DNA from: an uncultured Candidatus Poseidoniales archaeon
GTDB taxonomy: Archaea; Thermoplasmatota; Poseidoniia; Poseidoniales; CAYMED01
Direction: 5' to 3'
Length of the DNA: 64,000 nucleotides
Assembly (NCBI GenBank): GCA_964389655.1
Contig: CAYMED010000009.1
Location: 19,531 to 83,530 of the forward strand
Shown here: positions 20,801 through 28,310 of the stretch, in pieces
How the letters are laid out: each line of letters opens with the position of its first letter
Position numbering within the stretch: the stretch's first letter is position 1
Position numbers and translations under genes: made by a program
Notes under the pieces: model-generated
Databases searched by the model: none
The model's input: the letters and a program-made list of their open reading frames with translations, nothing else
What the model was told of the DNA's origin: nothing

Positions 20801-21149
20801 TTGACAACCCATCATTATCGGGATCGCCACTGGCCCCATGGCTGCCAGTGCTATCCCACGGGTTAAGGCCCCAGTAGTATTCCCAACCGTCAGGTAGGCC
20901 ATCATTATCGCTATCAGGATCGGAATCAGAAAGCGGAAATGAAGGGGCTGTGAGCGAGGAAAACCGACTCTCAATCACTGCAGTAAGACCATCCTGATCG
21001 CCATCTGCAGAGGTAACTTTTGGGTATGTTCTTGCAGCTGTAGATAAGAGACTGAATGATGACAACAAAAACAGGGCGGCGAGTAAAATTGGCCTCAACT
21101 GTTCAGGACCAAAGCGCTGAACCGGGGAAGACGTATGCTGCGGCGCCAT
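11883..21149 (-). CDS. Giant membrane-anchored surface protein: Asp-rich Ca-binding repeats, transglutaminase-like domain, Ig-like beta repeats, TM helix, DUF4129-like tail
   Basis: Signal/TM near N-terminus; many DxDxDGLxD repeats; GTCEDYA..RLAGIPSR..GY, H, WVPMDP triad; C-terminal FEEARYS; start ATG 21149 or GTG 21182. Confidence 0.88.
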   Translation of the reverse strand: MAPQHTSSPVQRFGPEQLRPILLAALFLLSSFSLLSTAARTYPKVTSADGDQDGLTAVIESRFSSLTAPSFPLSDSDPDSDNDGLPDGWEYYWGLNPWDSTGSHGASGDPDNDGLSNIDEYRYNSLRPGGAQMEVDDRSSVTYGGVTGNGNGKLDHGVNWNGTAPTNQVDESKNMVKKRPSPSWVDNDPWGDADQDGNIDDDGDWSSLTDDLGEDGIANTFDSGESNGFPDAGEPNVDEDVAGWDTDGDGMDDKWEINAGLNPIDPFGINGSLGDPDSDRLSNIEEYMNPVWSTAQYTSGYPQNSSRTWPKYNGTDAPQFCKPWPVNFGGNGCSDSKAQVDLLTRTDPLDPDNDNDNLIDGAEVENGTDPTANDTDGDGVDDYIELTGQYGPGRDTPSNPIHPDSDEDGLKDGEEDLNADGIIDSGETDPMWVEDNNDSDKDGLPNWYENRTAKNHSCTLDWLNPDSDGGGRFDGWEENTTGYDPCDSIINWTVQIVTKTNQGGGVWRLELNTTVLVNPYEDQYGGGVAKTPNNISIPYNPMTPSLKALSSIDVTVDPGSATELYFTNNTWCWYESRPGRSLSAYSSYCDDDYKDSDGDRLSDFQEIVHSTNISDADSDFDGESDFWEVMNGTQAYNTLLGGTTWDNDGYCVNSIDSDFDGLTDSFEESIGCLLVSQGITEQGLPMKDLYVTNATNPDTDSGGVDDNTEYRDITDPTDPRDDILPPDFDNDGIPDSVEQNYTGTDWRDPDTDDGGMLDGEECPMSSWIPGMTPGDCPPQDPFDPSDDSNALNTLLFYANTSQAYALADSISEAHWVLERRGFYTGASYAVDPSMLVSVDATSLRNETEIFDGTISTSDDVYTWQLEYAIPILSAELAHPWGTELISSIIDGAADVEREHFLGGLDVNGTTAAVTRLNVESQAFTPSLARLQQTDPYSTADPAGKAWNDAFLLLPNSLTDMTNPNSTVKNTTDAVLAAANGGLGFTDAYQQAKTLANWLKSDSNPRFTLNSSGAGQNTTLNIDIVAYLFDVNRNGTCEDYATAFVTMSRLAGIPSRMVRGYRGGIETSAGNWEIYSNNHTYWGEVHLMGDGTAGVGTKDFGWVPMDPCPSPDPIEVTNLNLNVVNISRDGTIDLDVQGKLMFQGTSDPVADTDIELWLVPSASAGDPDHRNVSNKIQAKLTTAADGSFQFTGLPSSMIAAGEAKLILVNSANGRAFEQVHVLAPLLNVTSNTTLVLASPSSTTPVPVAADDTTQLIVQVSWAEGPFYNLNETTQLPLTLRFESSDLLAAPSGWIEVLSSTVTDGFATFNVAISANEGAGLKNAYITHSGWHAQSTPGAYHILPLNYSFEFDIRQGPSLIITSLEGPGTDNSVIEVGSHFYINGTAKTKGTPPTDLNGTIDIHVRTNGTDPFGGVPAHSFQVTNGVIQGVILLDATLAQQFPGAGSIDFKLIFRTNDPADPTNETELTKTLVGALAISANVAGGCTSIKHARGDPVTCATVTVVDHRGVLVEPAVGWFNTSYATNTTWVHAQPGTGLTTGQYDPNWLLASDWLPGVYAVNVTYNKTTLYLASQGQFDLVVSGDFVVNYSIERDWTNQSESVWINGTVNDSVYGQPVQTPQTITISATFPATTGSVSGSVFSSNGTFFLELVMPVDQAGVYDFELETEVTDTPYDLYDGTIDNDVIGLIGNVKLVANKTRIVHRNGDQISLEVRNTDPLTNQPNPSEPLTIQITRDSDSLILSHIPLDLSAWTGSESGFAWINTTLDVNAQPGNYTIEIICADNTAGIVNHGANAGDPSNADQRRLWGSNTTVELMVQVDSTVIIDSIDHDPVTALTTFVATGKVVRSSDGTTPVGSSVDLRAYFQDNPGTEIGTGSADPSGFYNLTLTATGPGGAISSGAKVLAIEVVENDNIPFLPDQNGTLVVNVRGVSDFVNPSVNPAVILTRGSVVNLSVTLVESSDSNQAVIGGEIGIRLGNSHWLTVPANVTGLGGVYTIEVLVPMDVPLGPTTIWMMYNGSATLLPTFYNFTSIKVQDGVEIIFERIESPVIAGGRMTIEGRIISNNGSMPAIANGTPIEMQLSVEVDNNSVAIINGSLFGNDGDRFNLTITLPNDLKNGTHWISVTTPAVTNYLTTQTNGTTFQNRGYTTIAFLDPLDGGVHRYVRGQNISVNITLRDNAGDPLSDVQVNVSLADGEEMVLNGTTDLSGRVSITIPLPNVTKAGSLTIMTWWNGSNGADGLDGSQGTTTVLVLVPTSIQLDPMPTLAIANESVTISGHIFDEHGNLLLDAEDSHNQSDALLHLWIDGVDTGLVARSNSSTGAFSFDYLIPLDTQPGPITVDVRFLGGYIHETPYSSGDIDNPEYHLKSNASDVFDVHIRTFLSITSESASVDRGDFFYANGTLVDEFGRQIAGATLQIYLGDTNPGDLIDTTTTDASGNFAFQSVVSSTQQLGDARLIIIYLQNGYHLGSQDENNWTIFSPVALTADGPSQALAIGESLRLVGTVGDNVGQPIQSYWAGPSNYTLEVHFAGVTKTIDVSDRNWSIDLVIPEGMASGTHIAFINATQQGWYRAASVSVQVIVAHKTEITFNLDSADIDRGQWWHITGTLRDLDAANSPLENRPLVVRLDGELIIPVDSTGFVINNPETGENGTIDLWVRTTQLTTRGEHVLTVEHLGNVTLLATHSNMTGIVWAYVSFDDIESINPQVVRSDPGAPLRVTGRISEVGGNESPISDVPIRLESWGLALDSIDNATWLADRFSIVAIAPEWIAMNSTYLAYELHFAGDASQYLRPANYTVKPQECEDSGISGSVSRGDCTFIQFKVDYQIIVEKVVHASTNPEEMTIRGRVILTANDTGEPISGFELIVRLSNESTVEPWNITKTYATDAAGSASFLFGETASPPYSHPMYDLRLSIDSEDQRIAKTSRFFLDAAGRNSPVVVESPPPETHPERWAAAAVIVLGVIGYAAARILKKRRSNVASELGDIMSYTAELLASGDDIREAIFNCYEQMCIVLMRHRFLRRDFETVREFELAIRKALPIKEDSLIALDRMFEEARYSKHEMLRSDFEQARSSLKDVVDEIDGMDAGGVPSR

Positions 21150-21227
21150 GGCTAACCCATAGTGGACCCAACGAAGAGGCACTTAAGCGAAATGGAACGG
21201 CGTTCGGACAACTCGCGTGAATTAGCG

Positions 21228-21234
21228 AAAAAAA
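21228..21234 (-). terminator. Oligo-T archaeal terminator candidate
   Basis: T7 run on the minus strand 4 nt after the stop at 21238. Confidence 0.5.
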
Positions 21235-21237
21235 CGA

Positions 21238-24183
21238 TCACTCAAGTCCAAACAAGTCATCATCCAGATCATCAAGGTCCGCAGAGACATCCGTGTGATC
21301 TCCTCCAACTGGATCGGGAAGATTACCACCCTCACCCTTAGGGGTCGGACTTACAGAATCCCTGCTGGAGGGATCTGCAATCGCACCCCCACCTCCGCGC
21401 CCACCCAGCATTGCTTTGGCCGCGATGACCGCAACCAAACCACCTGCAAGCAACCATGTTGTTGGGCGCGGATTCTTTGCCTCACACATCAGCCCTGCAA
21501 GACCGCCAGAAGATTCAACCAAAATACGGAGGTTTTGCACCTCATCAGAATCATCACCATAGGCGACCTTAGTCGAAACAGGGTGTGCACGCACGGGAAG
21601 AACGACCTCCTCACCTGCCCGTGCGCAATTTGGAGACATTACCGTGGCCTTGAATGATTGAGTTACGCCTGGCCCCAAACTGATGAATTCAGGTTCAACT
21701 GTAATAATCCAGCCCACAGGGGGAGGATCTGCTGAAAGGATGTAATTCTCAGGGGAATTTCCATCATTCCTCAGAGTCATCTCATATGTTCTAGACGCAC
21801 CTGCAACCATGGGGTCATTTGCCGTACTCTGAAGTATTCGAACTGCAGGAGCACCATGCTCTACTTCCACCAAGAGGCCGAGGACAAAGGCACGCGAGGG
21901 ATCAGTTTCATCCTCAAATCGGATCAAAATGCGATGGTGCCCCGCCAGAGCATTTTCTGAGGGAAGGACATCAATCCAAATCTCCTGGCTCTCTTCTGGC
22001 CCAACCACGATTGGACCTTGGAGGGGATCACTGCGGTTTTGCCCATGGAAAGTGAAAGACCACTGTGTATAGTCCTCATTGCCTGCAAAATTCTCAGAGA
22101 TGTCTTCGGGGCGGATAATATTCCAGCGAACAGGGTCCCCCGAGATGCGGGTACTCTTGGCCGCAAGGCGGAATTGCGCGTCATCCACACCTGCTGTTAA
22201 TCCACTTACATTTCCCAAAGGAGTGGATGTATCCGAATCATACACAGGCTGAACCCATAACCCATAGGTTCGTTGTATTGTAAATGCAATCTCAGAAGTG
22301 AAAGTGAGGTTGTCAGAATTGACAACTTCAAAGGTGATTTTCTCGATATCAGATGCCGCCTCAACTTCAAGGGCTTTGATGACAAAGCGGATCACAAGGT
22401 CGTCAAATCGCTTAACTTCGGGCGTAAGGTAGGTGTTGACCGTATTGGCTTCACGCTCAATGCGCGTCCCTGTTGAATCGACGAAAAACGAAATGCTGAT
22501 CCAATCTGGCATCCGGAAATCAGTCAATTGAAATGCATCGGTTTCATAGCCAGCATTGAAGATCGTGAGATAAAATGCAGTCTCATTTCCGGCTTCAACC
22601 GGGTGGGGTATTGAATCATCAAATGTTTCAGAAGTGGTGTTGGCAATTGTCTGAGTCCGGTCTGAATCAAGATGTATCGATACAACGGGTGCTGCATGAA
22701 CATCGACCTTCCGCATAGGGAGATCAAGATCATGAGATTGGACAATCTCGGGATCAATGATCCCATCTGAATCTGAATCGGCCCGGACCTTAATTCGTAC
22801 TTTGAAAGTTGAATCCTCATCATCCAACTCCGTGAGGTCCTCCGGGGCAGTGATGTCGAATAGAGCAGTAGCAGTTGTATCAGTAGGACCCAATGAGAAC
22901 GCAGAAGGCGGCTCATGAATCGTCCATTCACCGCTAAATTCATCGATATAAGTCACCTCTACTTCCTGATTTAACTCTTGATCGCCGACATGCTGCATGA
23001 GAACTTCCAATGCAATTTGTTGCCCGGGTGGAATGTGTATCACTTCAGATGAGGCATTTGCACGCACGCCAAAACGCTCAATCGTAATGGGATCGGGTAG
23101 TCCATCTTCATCAAAATCACGGTCAATGACGATCAGGTTTCCACGCTGGTCACGAAGCGACAACTCAACGAGATAGTCACCTGCTCGTTGCCCTCTTGAA
23201 TAAGTCCATTCGACCGAATGAGTGAGGGAATTCCCCTCACGCACCAAATCATCAGGGTCGATATGTCGCTCAGTTGCAGGCAATATTTCCTCATCTAGCG
23301 GACCACCACGGACAGAAAGGTCGACCGAGTGCAAGTCTTCACGACCAAAGGCGCTATGAACGTCAATTCGGAGTAAAATTGTGCGCAGGTCATCCGAATC
23401 ATTAGGATGGAATTGGCTAACCTGATCTTCTTCCCAGCGATAACCTGGCCGATGTATTTTCACTTCACTTGATTCCAAGGCATTCGTTGTAAACATCAAG
23501 CGAGAGAACTGATTATCATCCTCTAGATCACCCCATGCAACATCTGCAGAACAATCGCCAAATCCAGGAGCGGGACTGCTTCCTGTCGAAGAGCAGGTTG
23601 TCTCTGCTTCAACCAACAAAATGAGTTGTTCGCCAGAAAGGGCCGATTCAGTTTCCTTGCCTGGTGCAAAAAGCAGGTCGAGAGGCGTTTGCACAAACGG
23701 GCAAGAGCCAAATTGGTTACAAGAGGAGACTTCTTTCTCTGCATCAGCAATCTCCCGTCCATCTACTTGAAGACTAAATCGAAAAGTTGCAGTGGAATTA
23801 GAACCCCTATGGCGCAAGAAAATGAACAATTGCATGCCTTTTCGATCTGTACCAGATATTTTCTCACCAACGATCTCGATATCCGCGCCCAAATCGGGGC
23901 TTCGGAACTCTAATTCCTCCGCAGAGACATCTCCCGTGAACTGACTGCTCGCCGAAGATGGTTCAACGGTCGACAAGAAGCCATCCCCACCTGCTGCCGT
24001 ATCTTTCTCTGCCAAGTGCAAGACATAATCATGCTGAGATCCCGCAACTGGCATAATCTCATCAGAAATCAGAGGTGTCAATGGCGCCTTGCCTGTTGGA
24101 ATTAAAGCCAACGCAGGAGCGGTTAGGAAAAGAGCTAGTACCCACAGAGCACTACGAAAGCCATACCTTCCGCCGCCGTCCAT
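21238..24183 (-). CDS. Large secreted, C-terminally anchored beta-sandwich (Ig-like/NEW3-like) protein
   Basis: Signal peptide; repeats such as LRNDGNSPENYIL...GW and IFNAGYETDAF; TM then acidic tail. Confidence 0.75.
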   Translation of the reverse strand: MDGGGRYGFRSALWVLALFLTAPALALIPTGKAPLTPLISDEIMPVAGSQHDYVLHLAEKDTAAGGDGFLSTVEPSSASSQFTGDVSAEELEFRSPDLGADIEIVGEKISGTDRKGMQLFIFLRHRGSNSTATFRFSLQVDGREIADAEKEVSSCNQFGSCPFVQTPLDLLFAPGKETESALSGEQLILLVEAETTCSSTGSSPAPGFGDCSADVAWGDLEDDNQFSRLMFTTNALESSEVKIHRPGYRWEEDQVSQFHPNDSDDLRTILLRIDVHSAFGREDLHSVDLSVRGGPLDEEILPATERHIDPDDLVREGNSLTHSVEWTYSRGQRAGDYLVELSLRDQRGNLIVIDRDFDEDGLPDPITIERFGVRANASSEVIHIPPGQQIALEVLMQHVGDQELNQEVEVTYIDEFSGEWTIHEPPSAFSLGPTDTTATALFDITAPEDLTELDDEDSTFKVRIKVRADSDSDGIIDPEIVQSHDLDLPMRKVDVHAAPVVSIHLDSDRTQTIANTTSETFDDSIPHPVEAGNETAFYLTIFNAGYETDAFQLTDFRMPDWISISFFVDSTGTRIEREANTVNTYLTPEVKRFDDLVIRFVIKALEVEAASDIEKITFEVVNSDNLTFTSEIAFTIQRTYGLWVQPVYDSDTSTPLGNVSGLTAGVDDAQFRLAAKSTRISGDPVRWNIIRPEDISENFAGNEDYTQWSFTFHGQNRSDPLQGPIVVGPEESQEIWIDVLPSENALAGHHRILIRFEDETDPSRAFVLGLLVEVEHGAPAVRILQSTANDPMVAGASRTYEMTLRNDGNSPENYILSADPPPVGWIITVEPEFISLGPGVTQSFKATVMSPNCARAGEEVVLPVRAHPVSTKVAYGDDSDEVQNLRILVESSGGLAGLMCEAKNPRPTTWLLAGGLVAVIAAKAMLGGRGGGGAIADPSSRDSVSPTPKGEGGNLPDPVGGDHTDVSADLDDLDDDLFGLE

Positions 24184-24303
24184 ACCTGAAGGACTCCTTG
24201 AGCCTAACTTGAATCCATCCCTGCCGCGGACTGGGTCAACGCACTATTTGGCGAAATACAACCGACGCGAAAAGAGAAGGGCTGACCCCCCCTCGCCCCC
24301 CGT

Positions 24304-24388
24304 GCAGGGGTGGCTGAGCTAGGTTAATGCGCCGGACTTAAGATCCGGTTCCGAAGAGGTATCGCGGGTTCAAATCCCGCCCCCTGCA
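24304..24388 (+). tRNA. tRNA-Leu (anticodon TAA)
   Basis: Acceptor GCAGGGG/CCCCTGC; anticodon arm CCGGA-CTTAAGA-TCCGG; long variable arm; GGTTCAAATCC T-loop; CCA not encoded. Confidence 0.96.
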
Positions 24389-24394
24389 CCCAAT

Positions 24395-25408
24395 TCACCG
24401 CCATCCCGCTTCGATGGCAGAACGCGCCCCATCTACGATGGAGGATTCAACAGGAGTCCATTCCACTCCCAACTCTTTATTCGCAGGACTGGAATCGTAT
24501 TCACACGAAGTACCAACATTGCGTTTAACCCACCCCACACTGATTTGCGGATGAAAAATGGATACCACATAACTCAATGACTTCGGTAAGATCAGACGAG
24601 GCCATTTCCTGTCCGGAATTTGCTTGCGCAGTACTGCATTCACCTCTGGCATCCACATTGAGGTGTTGAACACGATATACCGCCCCCCATCCCTGCCTTT
24701 CGTCAGCGCGCGTACATGTGCAGAGGCCACATCTCGAACATCAACGATATTCATGTGCATTTTCAGCAATACTGCCGGTTTTCTCTTAAGAAGGTGGTCA
24801 ATGACGGCCATCGAACCCTTCAGGTGCCGCTTAGACATGACTGGGCCAAAGACGATGGAAGGATTAATCGAGACATATCGAGGTCGTTCAGCGTCTGGTT
24901 TCGACGCAATCCAGTCTCGAACTAATCTTTCGGCACCCGCTTTGGCAAATCCATACGCATTGCATTCCACCGATGCATCATCACACCAGTCCTCGTTTGA
25001 AAAGGTCTGGCCATTCTTCGACGCATTTCGACGTATTGCAGCCACAGAGGAGGTGTGGATGAAGCGCGAAATTCCACCGCCAGCATCAATTGCATCAAGT
25101 AAGTTCTGCGTACCTTGAATCGATGGATCAACAACATCCCGTTGCGGATCCATGGCACCAATATAGAGAACCGCTGCGCAGTGGATGACATCTACACAAC
25201 CCGCAACTGCAGCATCCACAGACTCTCTTTCCAACAGATCCATTTTCACAATCCTAAGGTTCTCTGCGCCGGGCAATCCCTTCAGGTGTTCGGCATTCTC
25301 CGGATTTCGCACCGTTGCACGAACTGAATGCCCTTGTACCAACAATTCACGAACAACATGTGATCCAATGAAGCCGGCCGCTCCAGTGACCAATACGGCA
25401 CCAGCCAT
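24395..25408 (-). CDS. NAD-dependent epimerase/dehydratase (DFR/aldehyde reductase-like extended SDR)
   Basis: TGAAGFIG, TSS, YGFAK, VDVRDVA. Confidence 0.9.
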   Translation of the reverse strand: MAGAVLVTGAAGFIGSHVVRELLVQGHSVRATVRNPENAEHLKGLPGAENLRIVKMDLLERESVDAAVAGCVDVIHCAAVLYIGAMDPQRDVVDPSIQGTQNLLDAIDAGGGISRFIHTSSVAAIRRNASKNGQTFSNEDWCDDASVECNAYGFAKAGAERLVRDWIASKPDAERPRYVSINPSIVFGPVMSKRHLKGSMAVIDHLLKRKPAVLLKMHMNIVDVRDVASAHVRALTKGRDGGRYIVFNTSMWMPEVNAVLRKQIPDRKWPRLILPKSLSYVVSIFHPQISVGWVKRNVGTSCEYDSSPANKELGVEWTPVESSIVDGARSAIEAGWR

Positions 25409-25522
25409 GATTTCGACATCAAGAGGCTCCCCATCAATGAATCGTTACAGCTGTTATTCATGTATGCAGTAATCATACCACGTGAGCGATGGAATAACTA
25501 TTGAAGACAATCAGTTAAGCAA

Positions 25523-26404
25523 TTACTCAGACTCATCTTTGAGGAGGTCTTCAGTCCGAGAGATCATACTGCGAATCCGATGACCAACTTCACCAACGAC
25601 CCACTCACCCTCACGTCGTGGTATGTCACAGAATACACGCCTATCTGAGAATAAAAAGGCTAGGCGCCCTTTCGAAGTAACATCAAGATCTCGAAAGTCA
25701 TCGATAGCATAGCGAATAGGAGGCGCCGGTATGAAGTGCATCAGATATCCTTGAACCTCCACATGTTCATGATCGATTTGAATTGAGTGTCGGTGTTCGA
25801 GCATATTTGTCCAAAGATTGGTGATGTACCAACCTGACAACACAAGTAGCAAAAACAAGGCCGTAATAATTCTTGAATCTAGTGCGAGGAACAAGAATGA
25901 GGATGCACCTAAAATCACGCAAAGTGAGATGCTAGAGAGAAATAGAGCCAAAACGGTAGGAGGAATTGTCGAGGGAAGTGTGAATTTAAACCCCGTTCCC
26001 TGAGTTTCAAATTCCACCTCCATTGATTCCGTATGTGGAGGCCGGCCCCATCGTTGCGGGAATCTCTGAAGCTGCTCAGAAATGTTAAGCCCATGTTCAT
26101 CGGCTTCGACACTTCGCCCAGTATGTTCCTCAAAACGCACACCCAAGGCACTTGCCGCATCCTCTACTGCAGCGAGTATGGAGCCTTGGCTGCGCAAAAC
26201 TACAACCCGCTCATAGTCGTCGCCAATACGGACATCAAGCGACCATTTCGGGAGCAGCCCTCCCACGCGAGATGTGCGTAGTTCGCGGATGAGGACGCGT
26301 TTCCACGAACGCTCTATTGCACCTGCTGGACTAAGCAAATTGAATTGAGTTCCTTCAACGCTCAGACTGCGCGAGCCAACTGGGATTTGGGGAGTCTCAG
26401 GCAT
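25523..26404 (-). CDS. Hypothetical membrane protein (2 TM)
   Basis: 293-aa ORF with a central hydrophobic hairpin. Confidence 0.7.
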   Translation of the reverse strand: MPETPQIPVGSRSLSVEGTQFNLLSPAGAIERSWKRVLIRELRTSRVGGLLPKWSLDVRIGDDYERVVVLRSQGSILAAVEDAASALGVRFEEHTGRSVEADEHGLNISEQLQRFPQRWGRPPHTESMEVEFETQGTGFKFTLPSTIPPTVLALFLSSISLCVILGASSFLFLALDSRIITALFLLLVLSGWYITNLWTNMLEHRHSIQIDHEHVEVQGYLMHFIPAPPIRYAIDDFRDLDVTSKGRLAFLFSDRRVFCDIPRREGEWVVGEVGHRIRSMISRTEDLLKDESE

Positions 26405-26478
26405 TGGAATCCGGACGCACTCACCTGCGTATCATTTCAAAGGATCGCGGGGTACGCGCCAATTAGGGCGAAGAGAGG

Positions 26479-27480
26479 ATGTACGAGTTTGACCGGAGAA
26501 GTCGGCCACGCGCGGACACGTCCATCGAAGAATTCACCAATTTGGGCCATCGAGCTACACTTAGCGAGGTTGAAGGAGAGTTACTAAAGTTACTTGGCGC
26601 ACAACCGGGAACGAGAGTTGTAATCACAAGTAGCCGTGAAGAAGCACTTGCCACTGCCCTCCGAGGATTAATCACAAGACACCCAAACCTGCCACTGCAA
26701 CTTGACGAGGCATCTCCTAGAACATGGAAGGGTTCCGCACACCAACTTGTTGGAGGAAAGGGCACGAACGCCAACTTTGGTGAAAGCGCGATTCATGCCA
26801 TCGTGTGGGCCGATTATGAGACAGGTGAGATTCGACCAATTAAAGACTGCGAAGGGCCCATTATTCTAGACCTGGGATGGGCTCCCGGGCGCGTACAATG
26901 GGCAGATATCCCGCCAGCCGACATTTCCATCATCGCAGGAGCGTCCATTGGAGGGCCTAAAGCCAGTGCTGCTTTGGTTCTCGCACCGGGAATTGGAATT
27001 GATCCCTTAATTCATGGTGGATCGGAGCAATATGGCTTGAGGGGGGGGGAGATTGATGACCTTGTCATCTGGAGATTATCAGGGGCACTGCACCATCTCA
27101 AAGCATCCACGGAAGCAACTCAGCAAGAAGCGATCAGAAAAGTCACGGCATTTGCAATTCCAGAACTAAAAAATGTTGGACTGGAATTAATCGAAACTGA
27201 ATATCAACTCGTTCCCGGACAGTGGATGATGCGCATACCGGGAATCAGCGCCAGTGCCTTAGCGATTGCCTGTGAAGCACGTGGAGCCTTCATATCCCCC
27301 GCCGCATCTTGTGCAGGTGAGGCAGATCATGGCCCAGCTGCTCTAGAAGCTAGAGGCTGGAGTCCTGAAGAAGCACTCGAAGTGATCCTATTCACCCTAG
27401 ATCATCAAACACGCCAAGAAGACCTCAAAAAGGGGATCGAAATCATCGAGAATGAAATAAAACGCCTCGCGGGTAACTGA
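26479..27480 (+). CDS. Divergent cysteine desulfurase (IscS/NifS class V) homolog lacking the PLP lysine
   Basis: WADYETGEIRP, GGPK, PLIHGG..GLRGG and SPAASC align with IscS; SxHK motif reads AGAS. Confidence 0.8.
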   Translation: MYEFDRRSRPRADTSIEEFTNLGHRATLSEVEGELLKLLGAQPGTRVVITSSREEALATALRGLITRHPNLPLQLDEASPRTWKGSAHQLVGGKGTNANFGESAIHAIVWADYETGEIRPIKDCEGPIILDLGWAPGRVQWADIPPADISIIAGASIGGPKASAALVLAPGIGIDPLIHGGSEQYGLRGGEIDDLVIWRLSGALHHLKASTEATQQEAIRKVTAFAIPELKNVGLELIETEYQLVPGQWMMRIPGISASALAIACEARGAFISPAASCAGEADHGPAALEARGWSPEEALEVILFTLDHQTRQEDLKKGIEIIENEIKRLAGN

Positions 27481-27486
27481 AAAGAA

Positions 27487-28236
27487 TCAGGAATGGAGGC
27501 TGAAACCACCGTCAACGGCCAATAGGTGGCCAGTGATGTGTTCTGGACCTTCGATCAAGAAAGCCACCGATTCTGCAATCTCCGCAGGAGTTCCAAGTCG
27601 GCCTTGTGGGATCTTTTCAACAATTTTTGAGCGTTCAGGCGCATCAACCCAATCGGGAAATAAAATCGCACCAGGGCCCACGCCATTGACGCGAATGGAG
27701 GGTGCCAATTCCACTGCAAGAGCGCGCGTCAGTGCGAGTAATGCGGATTTTGACGCACAATAAGCGCTGAATTCGGGCCAGGGCCGATCACCAAATACAT
27801 CGACGAGATTGACAACACACCCACCCGGGACTGCCTGCATATGTGGCAGGGCATTGTGGATGAGCATGAGGGGAGCAATAGTATTGATCTCAAATGTAGA
27901 ACGTGCCACTTCATCATTCATTTCTGTCAAAGGGACACGCACATAGGTCGAGGCAGAATTAACGAGATGATTTAAGCCCCCGAAATGCTCAACACAAGAA
28001 GAAATCACTGCAGAGCGGCCATGTGAGGTTGCAAGGTCAGCAACAAGGACATTTGCATGGACCCCCCTCGACCGGATTTCTTTAGCAGTCTCTTCAGCCG
28101 CCTCTGTAGAGGTGTGGCAATGCACGCCGATATTAGCACCTGAATCTGCAAGGCGTAGCGCAATATCCCGGCCAATCCTCGTACCCGCTCCAGTTACAAG
28201 AACAGTATCCCCCGCCAAGGATCGGCAAGCTGCCAT
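27487..28236 (-). CDS. Pteridine reductase-like SDR (PTR1/FolM type)
   Basis: TGAGTRIG, YCASK, LAPSIRVNGVGPG, VDGG. Confidence 0.8.
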   Translation of the reverse strand: MAACRSLAGDTVLVTGAGTRIGRDIALRLADSGANIGVHCHTSTEAAEETAKEIRSRGVHANVLVADLATSHGRSAVISSCVEHFGGLNHLVNSASTYVRVPLTEMNDEVARSTFEINTIAPLMLIHNALPHMQAVPGGCVVNLVDVFGDRPWPEFSAYCASKSALLALTRALAVELAPSIRVNGVGPGAILFPDWVDAPERSKIVEKIPQGRLGTPAEIAESVAFLIEGPEHITGHLLAVDGGFSLHS

Positions 28237-28310
28237 GTGCCTTCGGTATCGACTAAGAGTTCAAGCCTGTCGACAAAACGCTCATCCGAATCGCCCCTTT
28301 AGCGGGGAGC

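Noticed and set aside
18780-20960. CRISPR or DNA tandem repeat array
   Set aside because: Repetition is at the protein level (DxDxDG) with divergent codons
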